Assembly (NCBI GenBank): GCA_964472395.1
Contig: CAYYMM010000003.1
Location: forward strand, 13,662-77,661
Source of the DNA: an uncultured bacterium
GTDB lineage: Bacteria > CSSED10-310 > CALFER01
Length of the DNA: 64,000 nucleotides
Direction of reading: 5' to 3'
Part shown: positions 10,224 through 18,743 of the stretch, in pieces
Position numbering within the stretch: the stretch's first letter is position 1
How the letters are laid out: each line of letters begins with the position of its first letter
Program-made: the position numbers and the translations under genes
Notes under the pieces: model-generated
Databases searched by the model: none
The model's input: only the letters and a program-made list of their open reading frames with translations
What the model was told of the DNA's origin: nothing

Positions 10224-10315
10224 TCACCGCATCCTTGCTCTCCCCTCACCCCGGACGAGAACAATAATCACTTCATGACGAGAAATCAATGTGGGACAGA
10301 TGCGACAACCTGGTT

Positions 10316-11713
10316 TCACTCGGGGAAGGGATACGGGATGCAGCCGATGACCGTGTCGATGGGCGATCGCGATTCCATTCTGAATGTCGCGTGTTCCCAG
10401 AAGACATGCGTCGCGCCAATGACCGGATTCTGCTGATCGTACGAGTCGCCGGCGAGGATGCGTTCTTTTTTCGACATCAGATCGTAGACGGCAATATCAA
10501 ACGTCTTCGCGCGGCCCTTTCCCCGAGGTCGCAGGTCCAGGGTATTGAGTTTCTGGTAGACGATCGTCGTCCCGTAAATGCTCGGTCTGCCGATCGGCTC
10601 GCTGCTCTCGACCACCGTCGTCGTGCTCCGGGTGCGGCTGTTATAGAGATTCACCGCGAGATTCCCCTTGCCCTTACTCTGATACACGACGTAATTGCCC
10701 GACACGGCAGGCAGATACTGGGACTCCGGGCCTGTTGCGACCGCGGTCGTTTCGCCGGTCGAGAAATCATGCACATAAACGTCCCAGGAACCGTCCCGCG
10801 CATCACTCCAGGTGAGGAGATCGCCCTTGAGAAACGGTTGCTGCTGGTTTCTGGGCGAGGGATCGAGCGCGGTCGGGCTGCCCTTACCAATCTGGGCGAC
10901 GATAACATTCGCCGCTTTCGGATTCGGTTCGATCCAGACAAACCGATCCTCGCTGGTCGTCACGTCGGATTTTCGAGTCGCGGTATCCGAGATCACTTTA
11001 CGCGCGAGCGTGTCCGTCGAATAGGCTGCGACGATATGACCGGCTTCGATGACTACCAGATATCGGTTCCCGAGAGCGAACTGGACGGGTTTGGGATAGG
11101 GTTTCCCGACTGCGGCCGGCCGGCCTCCGATTTCCTTCAGAAAACAGATCTGCCATTCGCGGTCGGATTCGCGCTGAATCCAGGCCACACCGGAATCGCT
11201 GACCGAGATATCCCGCTGTTCACGTTCCCCGGATTCGACTGCATATTTCGGCGTGAGAATTTTCTGGAATCTCAGGGCCAGAACGGTGTCGATCAGCGTT
11301 TCGACGAGTGCCGGATCGAGTTTTTTCTCGAGTCGGAAAGGGCGCGAGCCGATCACCTCGGAAGAAGACGGGCCGAAAACATCGATTCGAATGGCATTTT
11401 TCGCGCCGTCGAGACGATCCGCATCGTATTCGAAGCGAAGCATCAGGCCGATCCCGAGATCCTTCATGATCTGAGCCGGGTCGTTCGAGCGTGTTCGCCC
11501 CGCGTCCCATTCCACCCGATTGACAAGCGTCACGCCGGGTCGGTTTCCGAGCGCTTCCCGGAATGCGTCGTATATGACCCGGGCGGGTTCGGAGATGCGC
11601 TCCTCCGCGGCTTTTCCCTCGAGACGCATCGGTTCGATGTATACGCGCAGCGGTGCGGCTGCCTGAGCGAGCGGAACGATGAAGACAAGCAGAATGCCGA
11701 TCATTCTGAACAC
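10316..11713 (-). CDS. Secreted hypothetical protein with C-terminal TolB/PD40-like beta-propeller repeats
   Basis: N-terminal signal peptide MFRMIGILLVFIVPLAQAAAP. Repeated W/Y-rich blades (WSDARDGSWDVYVHD, GNYVVYQSKG, GTTIVYQK). The antisense ORF 10289..11788 was judged spurious. Confidence 0.6.
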   Translation of the reverse strand: MFRMIGILLVFIVPLAQAAAPLRVYIEPMRLEGKAAEERISEPARVIYDAFREALGNRPGVTLVNRVEWDAGRTRSNDPAQIMKDLGIGLMLRFEYDADRLDGAKNAIRIDVFGPSSSEVIGSRPFRLEKKLDPALVETLIDTVLALRFQKILTPKYAVESGEREQRDISVSDSGVAWIQRESDREWQICFLKEIGGRPAAVGKPYPKPVQFALGNRYLVVIEAGHIVAAYSTDTLARKVISDTATRKSDVTTSEDRFVWIEPNPKAANVIVAQIGKGSPTALDPSPRNQQQPFLKGDLLTWSDARDGSWDVYVHDFSTGETTAVATGPESQYLPAVSGNYVVYQSKGKGNLAVNLYNSRTRSTTTVVESSEPIGRPSIYGTTIVYQKLNTLDLRPRGKGRAKTFDIAVYDLMSKKERILAGDSYDQQNPVIGATHVFWEHATFRMESRSPIDTVIGCIPYPFPE

Positions 11714-11784
11714 GGTCGTTTCCTCCTTCTAAAGACGCATTCTACAGTGTCACGCCGCGCGCGCTCCTGTCAAGGGCGGACGGT

Positions 11785-11813
11785 TTGACAAAGACGTTCC
11801 GGGCATCTACGCT
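11785..11813 (+). promoter_or_regulatory. Candidate sigma70 promoter (TTGACA-17nt-TACGCT)
   Basis: Perfect -35 TTGACA at 11785..11790, 17-nt spacer, -10 TACGCT at 11808..11813. Would give a near-leaderless transcript for the ORF starting at 11821. Confidence 0.4.
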
Positions 11814-11820
11814 CATAAGG

Positions 11821-12276
11821 ATGATGACGCGAATGCGACAACAGGTGGCCTGCATCCTTCTGATCATTTCGGTCCTGACAGCCACGGCCGCGCTCTCCGC
11901 CGGCCCGTTCCAGGGTCAGGTCGGCATCGCGATCGAGCGCACATTCAGCACCGGCCGCGCCCAGCATCTCAAACCATACCTGCCCGACTCTTCCCGCATA
12001 TTCGTTGCCATCCCAGTCGCAGGCATCCAGGCCGGGAACTACTCCCGCAACCAGATCCTCGCGGCACTCGACCAGATGTTCACCCGCCTGTCGACCCGCA
12101 CCTTCACACTCGAAGGAGGCCGTCTCCCGAATCTGCAGCGAGGCCCCGCCCGTGCGCGCTGGCAATTCCGCCCGCTCGACTCGTCGGCCGACGTCACGAC
12201 CTTCCTGTATTTCACGATCACATCCAACCCGCTCAAGCCTCAGATCACGTCGATCCGCGGAGAAGATCCATCGTAA
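11821..12276 (+). CDS. Small secreted hypothetical protein
   Basis: MMTRMRQQVACILLIISVLTATAALSA signal peptide. No recognisable domain. The track ORF begins at a TTG that is actually the -35 box. Confidence 0.45.
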   Translation: MMTRMRQQVACILLIISVLTATAALSAGPFQGQVGIAIERTFSTGRAQHLKPYLPDSSRIFVAIPVAGIQAGNYSRNQILAALDQMFTRLSTRTFTLEGGRLPNLQRGPARARWQFRPLDSSADVTTFLYFTITSNPLKPQITSIRGEDPS

Positions 12277-12306
12277 TCAGTCATCCGTTCCCGGAACCGA
12301 TCCGCC

Positions 12307-13338
12307 TCAATAACCCTGCTCCCGATCCACCTCACCTTTCAGTTCATCACCCCTTTCGAACCGCACAATCGTCTCGACGACATCTCTGAATCGCTCGGGG
12401 CGCTGCAGCGGAGACGCTCCGCGATGCGGAGACAGGATTACGTTATCGAGTTCATGAAACGGTCTGGAATAGGGAAACTTCCGGCCCTCCACCTCAACCG
12501 GTCGGTAGTCGTACCAGACGTCCAGCGCCGCTGAATCGATCCGGCGATCCCGCAGAGCCTCGTACAGCGCCGTCTCATCCACCACCGCCCCCCGGCCGAC
12601 ATTGATCAGCAGCGCATCCGATCGGAGTTGCGCGATCGCCTCAGCATCGATCAGGCCTCGGGTTGAATCCGTGAGCGGAATGGTGATGAGCAGGATATCG
12701 AGTGCACGCAGGAAATCATGCAGCCGATCCACCGGATACACCGGAATGGGAGGGGCGCCCGACGCGCGATCCGGAGGCGATTCGGAGGTGATCGGGAGGC
12801 CTCGACGGGAGCAGGCGATGATGTTCAGACCGAGACCCGCCGCGAAACGGATGACGTGGCGCGCGAGGTGGCCGGTGCCGAGTAAACCAAGTGTTTTCCC
12901 TTCGAGCACGATACTGGGAGGCGTGTCGTCAAAGGCCCGGAAACGGCCCAGACGCATGTGCCGGTCGAAGAACGGGACGCGGTTGGTCAGGGCGAGCAAC
13001 AGTGCCAGCGCATGTTGGGCGGCATGGGAGGTGTTGCCGTGCGAGTTCACGATGCGGATGCCGGGACGCGTGCGCAGAACACTGATCTGGTTGTCGACGC
13101 CGGCCGCCGGGATGATTACCAGCTTGAGATCGGGGGCGGCATCGAGCAGGTCGGCGGTCACGATCCAGGCGACCAGCACGTCCGCACGGGTGAGCAGATC
13201 CGAGCGTTCCGAAATGGTTTTCGAGGGAACGAAATGGAACTCGGCACGGCTGCCGAGATTCCGGAAGGACGATTCGATGTACGAGCGGACTGGTTCGGGG
13301 GGTTCCCAGGCAAATACGACGCGAATCGGTGCGTTCAT
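12307..13338 (-). CDS. D-isomer-specific 2-hydroxyacid dehydrogenase family (NAD-binding)
   Basis: GGAGGAG RBS upstream of MNAPIRV. GLLGTGHLARHV Rossmann GxGxxG. LINVGRGAVVDE...AL region typical of PGDH/GyaR-like enzymes. Confidence 0.8.
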   Translation of the reverse strand: MNAPIRVVFAWEPPEPVRSYIESSFRNLGSRAEFHFVPSKTISERSDLLTRADVLVAWIVTADLLDAAPDLKLVIIPAAGVDNQISVLRTRPGIRIVNSHGNTSHAAQHALALLLALTNRVPFFDRHMRLGRFRAFDDTPPSIVLEGKTLGLLGTGHLARHVIRFAAGLGLNIIACSRRGLPITSESPPDRASGAPPIPVYPVDRLHDFLRALDILLITIPLTDSTRGLIDAEAIAQLRSDALLINVGRGAVVDETALYEALRDRRIDSAALDVWYDYRPVEVEGRKFPYSRPFHELDNVILSPHRGASPLQRPERFRDVVETIVRFERGDELKGEVDREQGY

Positions 13339-13491
13339 GGCTGACTCCTCCGGTTGCGACATCCGTTTCCAGTTTAAAAAGCTAATCGACTCGGCGCAAC
13401 CTCAGGATCAAATTTTTCGGGCGCTCGGCGAAGACTCCGGCGAGGGAGGGTCTGCATAGGGGACTGGAAAAACCGGAACGGATCGCATAGG

Positions 13492-13992
13492 ATGATGGAC
13501 ATGAAACGACGTAATTTCTCAGCGATCCTTGTATTCACGGCCATGGTCATGCTCGGGGGCTGCGACGACGATAACGGCGGGACGGGGCCGAAACCCGATC
13601 CGACGGCATCGAACACGCGGCAGGCGACGGTAACCTATGTGTATGACGGCGACACGATTCAGGTGAACGGAAGCGAAAAAGTCCGCTATATCGGGATCGA
13701 TACACCCGAAATCGGGGAATGTTATTATTCGGAAGCGACCAGTCGAAACCGATTTCTGGTGGACGATGAGGTTGTAACGCTTGAGATCTGCGTCGAAAGC
13801 CCGACGGATCAATACGGGCGGACGCTGGCGCATGTCTCGTGCGATGCGGGGCTGGTCAACGCGATTTTAATTCGGGAAGGTTATGCGCGAGCCTATCGTG
13901 TGCCGCCTTGTACCTCCAAAGCCAACTACTACGCAGATCTCGATCGCGAAGCCCGCGCCGCAGGCCGGGGGATGTGGAGCGCGTGTAATTAA
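13492..13992 (+). CDS. Thermonuclease (staphylococcal nuclease, SNase-like) lipoprotein
   Basis: Signal peptide with lipobox LGGC. SNase motifs VYDGDTIQV, RYIGIDTPE, DQYGRTLAHV, REGYARAY, ARAAGRGMW. Confidence 0.8.
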   Translation: MMDMKRRNFSAILVFTAMVMLGGCDDDNGGTGPKPDPTASNTRQATVTYVYDGDTIQVNGSEKVRYIGIDTPEIGECYYSEATSRNRFLVDDEVVTLEICVESPTDQYGRTLAHVSCDAGLVNAILIREGYARAYRVPPCTSKANYYADLDREARAAGRGMWSACN

Positions 13993-14723
13993 GACGACCG
14001 CTCCTCAGGATTCAGATCGCCGCGGCGCACCTGCTGATCAGACTGCCGACCGGGTTTCGGGCTGAAAACCAGCAGCGCCGACATGATCAGGATTGTCACG
14101 GGATGATACCCGGTTCTCAGAATCAGCCAGGCGATCAACGCCACAAAGGGGAAAAACAGGACGAAAAGATGCATGCGGATGATTTCCATCCGGATTATCT
14201 TCAATTTCTGAACCAAATCCTGTCGCGGCAGCAGGTCCTGCCAGTTTGCGAGCAGTATGGCGATCACCATCGGCCAGTACCGGTTGAGCAGATAGCGGCA
14301 TGGCGTGAAGAAATCCGAGTTTATGAATCCGTTTCGCCCGAAGAATTCATGTGGTTCCATTTCGGCGAAAAATGACAAAAACAGCCCATAGAAACCGAAG
14401 AAGAAGGTGATGGCGCGGAACGCGACGTACCCTCCGCCCAGAGCGACTCCGGCAATGAGCAGACTCAGCAGAGTCGAGGGAATTCGATGCGTGATCGGGA
14501 AGCGGTTCAGGAGCATCTTCTTGTGGTGGCCGCTGTGCAGGATCAGGCTGAGAGTGACCGTGAACGCGAGCGCCCAGGTATAGATCAGTCCGGTCAACCA
14601 GGTGCTCCAGCAGAATTCCTGCGTCGACCAGCGACCGTCGATGCCGAAAGAGACCGTCAGCAGGAAACCGAGAATAGCCGGAATGTGTTTATAGACGCTT
14701 CTCATCTGCACCGCATCACTCAA
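13989..14723 (-). CDS. Multi-pass integral membrane protein of unknown function
   Basis: Six or more hydrophobic helices, no soluble domain; convergent with the nuclease gene. Confidence 0.55.
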   Translation of the reverse strand: MSDAVQMRSVYKHIPAILGFLLTVSFGIDGRWSTQEFCWSTWLTGLIYTWALAFTVTLSLILHSGHHKKMLLNRFPITHRIPSTLLSLLIAGVALGGGYVAFRAITFFFGFYGLFLSFFAEMEPHEFFGRNGFINSDFFTPCRYLLNRYWPMVIAILLANWQDLLPRQDLVQKLKIIRMEIIRMHLFVLFFPFVALIAWLILRTGYHPVTILIMSALLVFSPKPGRQSDQQVRRGDLNPEERSS

Positions 14724-14725
14724 TC

Positions 14726-14989
14726 AGAACCCGGATGTTCCGTTGCAGCACGGGCAGGAAATCCCGCGACTTCTCCAGATAGGGCATCTTCAGCGCCGCT
14801 CCGACCGACTGCAGCAGCTCCGGAGTCGACTCGCCATCGAGAAACCGCCGCAGTTCGGTCTCGGGGATATCCTCCGCCTAGACGGCCTTCGCCATCTCCT
14901 CCCGGTTCGCCGGACTGCGTGCGCCAGCGATAGGAGTGCGTGGATCCGGCAGGTGATCGGATTGTTCCTGAATAATGGTCGGGCATGTT
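14726..14989 (-). pseudogene. Small ORF with strong RBS that continues in the +1 frame past an in-frame TAG (possible frameshifted or pseudogenised small gene)
   Basis: GGAGGttcaacATG at 14989 opens a Gly/Arg-rich frame. The +1 frame reads ...REEMAKAV*AEDIPETELRRFLDGESTPELLQSVGAALKMPYLEKSRDFLPVLQRNIRVLIE*, which looks protein-like. Confidence 0.25.
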
Positions 14990-15102
14990 GAACCTCCGGG
15001 TTGACTGTTCAGAAGCGCAACGGTGATCTCATAGGGTTACGAACGGCAGGCGAAAGCGGTTTCTTCGAGCCGAGGAGGGCGAATCGAAAGCGATCACAGG
15101 CA

Positions 15103-15912
15103 TCAGTGCGGGAGTGCTCCGAGAGACTGGAGGATCGAACGGGCGATCGATTCCCGTTTCGGGGTATCCTTCATGCCACCCGGCAGATCGATATTCAGGG
15201 CGAAAATCACCGGCCCCGTCGGCGTCTCGACCCAGCCAACCCACCAGCCGATCTGCGGTTCGACACGCGCCTGCCATCCGGTCTTCGCTCTCAGGATCCA
15301 ATCCCTCCCGGCCTCGACGATCATGATATCCTTGACCAGACGCTGATGTTCAACTTTGAAGGGAAGCTCGTTTCGATACAGTTTTCGCAGGAAATCCACC
15401 TGTTCCAGGGCCGAAATCCGGAGAGCGCCATCGAGCCAGAAGCGATCGACACCTCCGGACGGATCGGCGTTGCCGTACTGAATCCGAGTCAGATACTCCT
15501 TTTCACGCACCTCACCGATCTCACGCGCAAACTGCTGGTACACCCATACCGTCGAGTGCCTCATGGACGAGCGAAGCGTCTGGTCCTGATTCCAACCGTC
15601 AAAATCCCGTTTCACACCATCCCAGCGAATCACCTGGAACTCGTCCCTGACAACTCCGGCATCGAGCGCAAACAGTGCATGAGGCACTTTAAAAGTCGAT
15701 GCCGGCATGAACCGTTTCTGTGCACGCTCCACATTGTAAGCCAGCATCTCGCCAGAACGCTCGTTGAAAACGACCATCGTCCCGTCGACGCCCTGATCCA
15801 AGAAAAACGGTTTCCAGTCCAAACGCTCCACCGGCGCCTGTGCCGACACGCCGGTAACGAACGTGAGACCAACCAAGATCCAAGCTCCAACTTTCATGGG
15901 AAATCCTTTCAA
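15103..15912 (-). CDS. Class D (OXA-type) beta-lactamase
   Basis: Signal peptide. Active-site STFK, SxV-like STV, YGN, KTG and WVGWVE motifs at canonical spacings. Confidence 0.85.
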   Translation of the reverse strand: MKGFPMKVGAWILVGLTFVTGVSAQAPVERLDWKPFFLDQGVDGTMVVFNERSGEMLAYNVERAQKRFMPASTFKVPHALFALDAGVVRDEFQVIRWDGVKRDFDGWNQDQTLRSSMRHSTVWVYQQFAREIGEVREKEYLTRIQYGNADPSGGVDRFWLDGALRISALEQVDFLRKLYRNELPFKVEHQRLVKDIMIVEAGRDWILRAKTGWQARVEPQIGWWVGWVETPTGPVIFALNIDLPGGMKDTPKRESIARSILQSLGALPH

Positions 15913-16039
15913 TCGTGTGATCCTAAACTCTCAGGGATGATGCCACAGCGTGTGAGGGGACGCAACATGGCTCATCAGCAAAGAGTTGACTGATAAAAAA
16001 GGAGGAGGCAAGATAAAGGTAACAACTCATAGAGCGAAA

Positions 16040-16182
16040 GGGCGGATCGCGATCCGCCCTACCCTGAACCTGTGGCCTGCGGTGCCGAAAGGGCGGATCG
16101 CGATCCGCCCAGACTAGATCCGCCCCTAGATCCGCCCAGACTCATCCTATGGCCACGGGCAAGGGCGGATCGCGATCCGCCC
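16040..16182. repeat. REP-like array: three copies of the perfect 20-bp palindrome GGGCGGATCGCGATCCGCCC plus GATCCGCCC half-sites
   Basis: Palindromes at 16040..16059, 16091..16110 and 16163..16182. Half-sites at about 16121..16140. The flank CCTGTGGCCTGCGGTGCCGAAA is repeated at 16711..16734. Confidence 0.85.
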
Positions 16183-16208
16183 AGACAGCCCATCGCGAGG
16201 AGGACTCC

Positions 16209-16712
16209 ATGCGCTATGATCCTGAGCGACATCATCGCCGATCGATCCGGCTGCGAGGGTATGACTATGGAAAGGCAGGTTACTACTTCGTGACACTGGT
16301 CACCTACCATCGACACCAGATACTCGGCTGGATCGTCGACGGAAAAGTACGCTTGAGTCGCGCCGGAACGATCGTCGCCGAGACTCTGGAATGGCTTGGA
16401 GAGCATTTTGAGAATGTTTCCCTGGACGAATGGGTGATCATGCCCGACCACATCCACTTCATCCTCGTCATCACCAAGAGCAAGGACCCGACTCCGAAAA
16501 AACAAAAACCTCTCGGCAACCTGATCGCAGCCTTCAAGACGGTGTCCACCAAACTGATCAATCTGTGGCGTCACACCCCCGGAGAGCGTGTCTGGCATCG
16601 AGACTACTATGATCGGATCATCCGCTCGCGACAGCAGCTTTATCGTACCAGGGTATACATCCGTACCAACCCGATAAGGTGCAAGGGCGGATCGCGATCC
16701 GCCCTACCATGA
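16209..16712 (+). CDS. REP-associated tyrosine transposase (RAYT; IS200/IS605-like Y1 HuH transposase)
   Basis: GAGGAGG RBS then ATG at 16209. HuH motif MPDHIHFIL and catalytic Tyr region RDYYDRIIRS. About 165 aa. Flanked on both sides by the palindromic repeats. Confidence 0.8.
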   Translation: MRYDPERHHRRSIRLRGYDYGKAGYYFVTLVTYHRHQILGWIVDGKVRLSRAGTIVAETLEWLGEHFENVSLDEWVIMPDHIHFILVITKSKDPTPKKQKPLGNLIAAFKTVSTKLINLWRHTPGERVWHRDYYDRIIRSRQQLYRTRVYIRTNPIRCKGGSRSALP

Positions 16713-16846
16713 TCCTGTGGCCTGCGGTGCCGAAAGGGCGGATCGCGATCCGCCCCTGGATCCTGGATCCGCCCCTGGATCCGCCCCTGGATCCTGGATC
16801 CGCCCCTGGATCCGCCCAGACTCTAGATCCGCCCCTAGATCCGCCC
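16685..16846. repeat. REP-like array 2: two full 20-bp palindromes followed by tandem (CT[GA]GATCCGCCC)n units
   Basis: Palindromes at 16685..16704 and 16736..16755. Eight or more GATCCGCCC units up to 16846. The array overlaps the 3' coding ends of both the RAYT gene and the convergent ABC ATPase gene. Confidence 0.85.
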
Positions 16847-17521
16847 ATCGCGGAGATGGATCACTCGTCCTGCACGAGTCGCCACTGTCTCGTCATGGGT
16901 CACGATGAGAATGGTCCGGCCCTCCCGATGGAGCGTCAGCAGGAGATCCAGGATCTGAGCGCCGCTGCGACTGTCCAGATTGCCGGTCGGCTCGTCCGCC
17001 AGAATCAGGGACGGGTCGTTGACCAGTGCCCGTGCGACGGCGACGCGCTGCTTCTGGCCTCCCGACAGCTCGGCGGGCCGATGTCCCGCGCGATCCATGA
17101 GACCAACGCGCCCGAGCAACTCCAGGGCTCTGTCATGACGCTCGCGTCTCGACACGCCGGCATAGACAAGCGGCAACTCGACGTTTCCCGCCGCGGTCAA
17201 TCTCGGCAGGAGATTGAAGTTCTGGAATACGAACCCGATCCGGTTCTTGCGGATCCGGCTCAGTTCATCGTCATCCAGTCGCCCGACCTCACGGCCGCAG
17301 AACAGATAGTCGCCCGACGTGGGCCGATCCAGACAGCCGATAATGTTCATCAGGGTCGATTTTCCGGATCCGGACGGCCCCATCAGCGCCACGCATTCAC
17401 CCGGGTCGATCCGCGCATCGATCCGATCCAGAACGGGAATCTCCTGGCCCCCGAGCCGATACGATTTCGACAGGCTCTTCAGGAGCACCACAGGTTGGAC
17501 GCTTCCGATGGGTTCATTCAT
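16835..17521 (-). CDS. ABC transporter ATP-binding protein, MacB/LolD family
   Basis: Walker [10 protein letters not shown], signature [15 protein letters not shown], Walker [14 protein letters not shown]-loop IVTHD. Confidence 0.85.
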   Translation of the reverse strand: MNEPIGSVQPVVLLKSLSKSYRLGGQEIPVLDRIDARIDPGECVALMGPSGSGKSTLMNIIGCLDRPTSGDYLFCGREVGRLDDDELSRIRKNRIGFVFQNFNLLPRLTAAGNVELPLVYAGVSRRERHDRALELLGRVGLMDRAGHRPAELSGGQKQRVAVARALVNDPSLILADEPTGNLDSRSGAQILDLLLTLHREGRTILIVTHDETVATRAGRVIHLRDGRI

Positions 17522-18743
17522 ACCGCAATGCCTCGATCGGATCGAGCGATGCAGCGCGTCGCGCGGGATACAGCCCGAAGAAAACCCCGACCGCCGCGGA
17601 CACGGTCACGGCGATCACGATGGCCTCGAACGAAAACACCATCTTCCATCCCGCGAACCGAGCAATCGAAAATCCGAACAGAATGCCGGCAAGGATCCCG
17701 ATCACACCGCCGACCCCGCTCATCACGACAGCCTCGATCAGAAACTGCCCGAGAATCTCCCGGCGTGTCGCCCCGACCGCCCTCCGTATCCCGATCTCGC
17801 GGATCCGCTGCGTCACGCTCGCGAGCATGATGTTCATGATTCCGATGCCGCCGACCAGGAGCGAAATCGCCGCGATCGCAGCCAGCACGATGTTGAAGGT
17901 CCGCTGCGTCGCCTGACTCTGTTTGAGGAGTTCCAGCGGCACGATCACATCGTAATTCTCGACACCCGAATGCATCCTTCCGAGGATTCTCCGGATGAGA
18001 TCCGCCGCGGGGAGGAGATGATCCGCCGAATCGATCATGACGGTGATCTCCGAGATCTCATGGTTCGGATCCGTGTCAAGCATCCGCTTCCGAGCTGCGC
18101 TGATCGGCACGACGAGATCCCGGTTGACGTTGCGGAACGCCAGCGGTCCGGAGGGTCCCGCCTTCACCGTCTTGTCCTCCATCACGCCCACGACCCGGAA
18201 GATTCCATTCTGAATAAGCACGGTTCCGCCAATCGCATCCTTTCCGAATTCAGAGCGGATCGCGGGCCCGATGACGCACACCCGTTCCGCACCGTCGATG
18301 TCGAACGGGAGCAGAAAACGACCTTCCGACACCATCGAGTTGCTCACCGTGAGATACTCCGGTGAGGTCGCAACGATCTGCACGGGGCACGCCCGCCCGT
18401 CGATCCGGACGGATTCGTCCCGGATGAGAACCGGTGCGACTCTGCGGACGAACGGACAATTCCCGCGAATCGCCTCGACATCGTCCATCGCCAGCCCCCG
18501 GGGATTTTTCTGTTGAGCCGTGATGAGCGCCTGGCCATCAAGTTTCTTTGCAGTGATCCGAATCGTGTTGATCCCCATCAGCGCGAGTTGATCCAGCGCT
18601 TCGACCCGAGCGCCCTCGCCGATGGCAACGCTCGCGATCACCGCCGCCACGCCGAAAATGACACCGAGCATCGTCAGGAACGACCGGAGCTTGTTCGATT
18701 GCAGCTCCATCAACCCGATTTTGACATGCTGGACGACGTTCAT
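17514..18743 (-). CDS. ABC transporter permease (MacB-type, FtsX-like with periplasmic domain)
   Basis: N-terminal TM helix, large periplasmic domain, three C-terminal TM helices with the FtsX signature. 8-nt overlap with the ATPase gene. Confidence 0.8.
   Translation of the reverse strand: MNVVQHVKIGLMELQSNKLRSFLTMLGVIFGVAAVIASVAIGEGARVEALDQLALMGINTIRITAKKLDGQALITAQQKNPRGLAMDDVEAIRGNCPFVRRVAPVLIRDESVRIDGRACPVQIVATSPEYLTVSNSMVSEGRFLLPFDIDGAERVCVIGPAIRSEFGKDAIGGTVLIQNGIFRVVGVMEDKTVKAGPSGPLAFRNVNRDLVVPISAARKRMLDTDPNHEISEITVMIDSADHLLPAADLIRRILGRMHSGVENYDVIVPLELLKQSQATQRTFNIVLAAIAAISLLVGGIGIMNIMLASVTQRIREIGIRRAVGATRREILGQFLIEAVVMSGVGGVIGILAGILFGFSIARFAGWKMVFSFEAIVIAVTVSAAVGVFFGLYPARRAASLDPIEALRYE

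Noticed and set aside
10289-11788. 499-aa plus-strand ORF
   Set aside because: It is the antisense of the signal-peptide beta-propeller gene. It has no domain-like motifs and a GC-driven open frame.
12602-13459. 285-aa plus-strand ORF
   Set aside because: It is the antisense of the 2-hydroxyacid dehydrogenase gene.
16040-16846. Possible CRISPR array (regularly recurring GC-rich repeat)
   Set aside because: The repeats are perfect palindromes with irregular spacing and no unique spacers of uniform length. They flank a RAYT gene and decay into 9-12-bp tandem units, which is REP-like, not CRISPR.
16059-16908. Small ORFs across the palindrome arrays (e.g. 16072..16293, 16618..16848, 16717..16908)
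   Set aside because: They are translations of the repeat units themselves (…GGSRGGSR…, …DPPLDPPLDP…), so repeat-derived artefacts.
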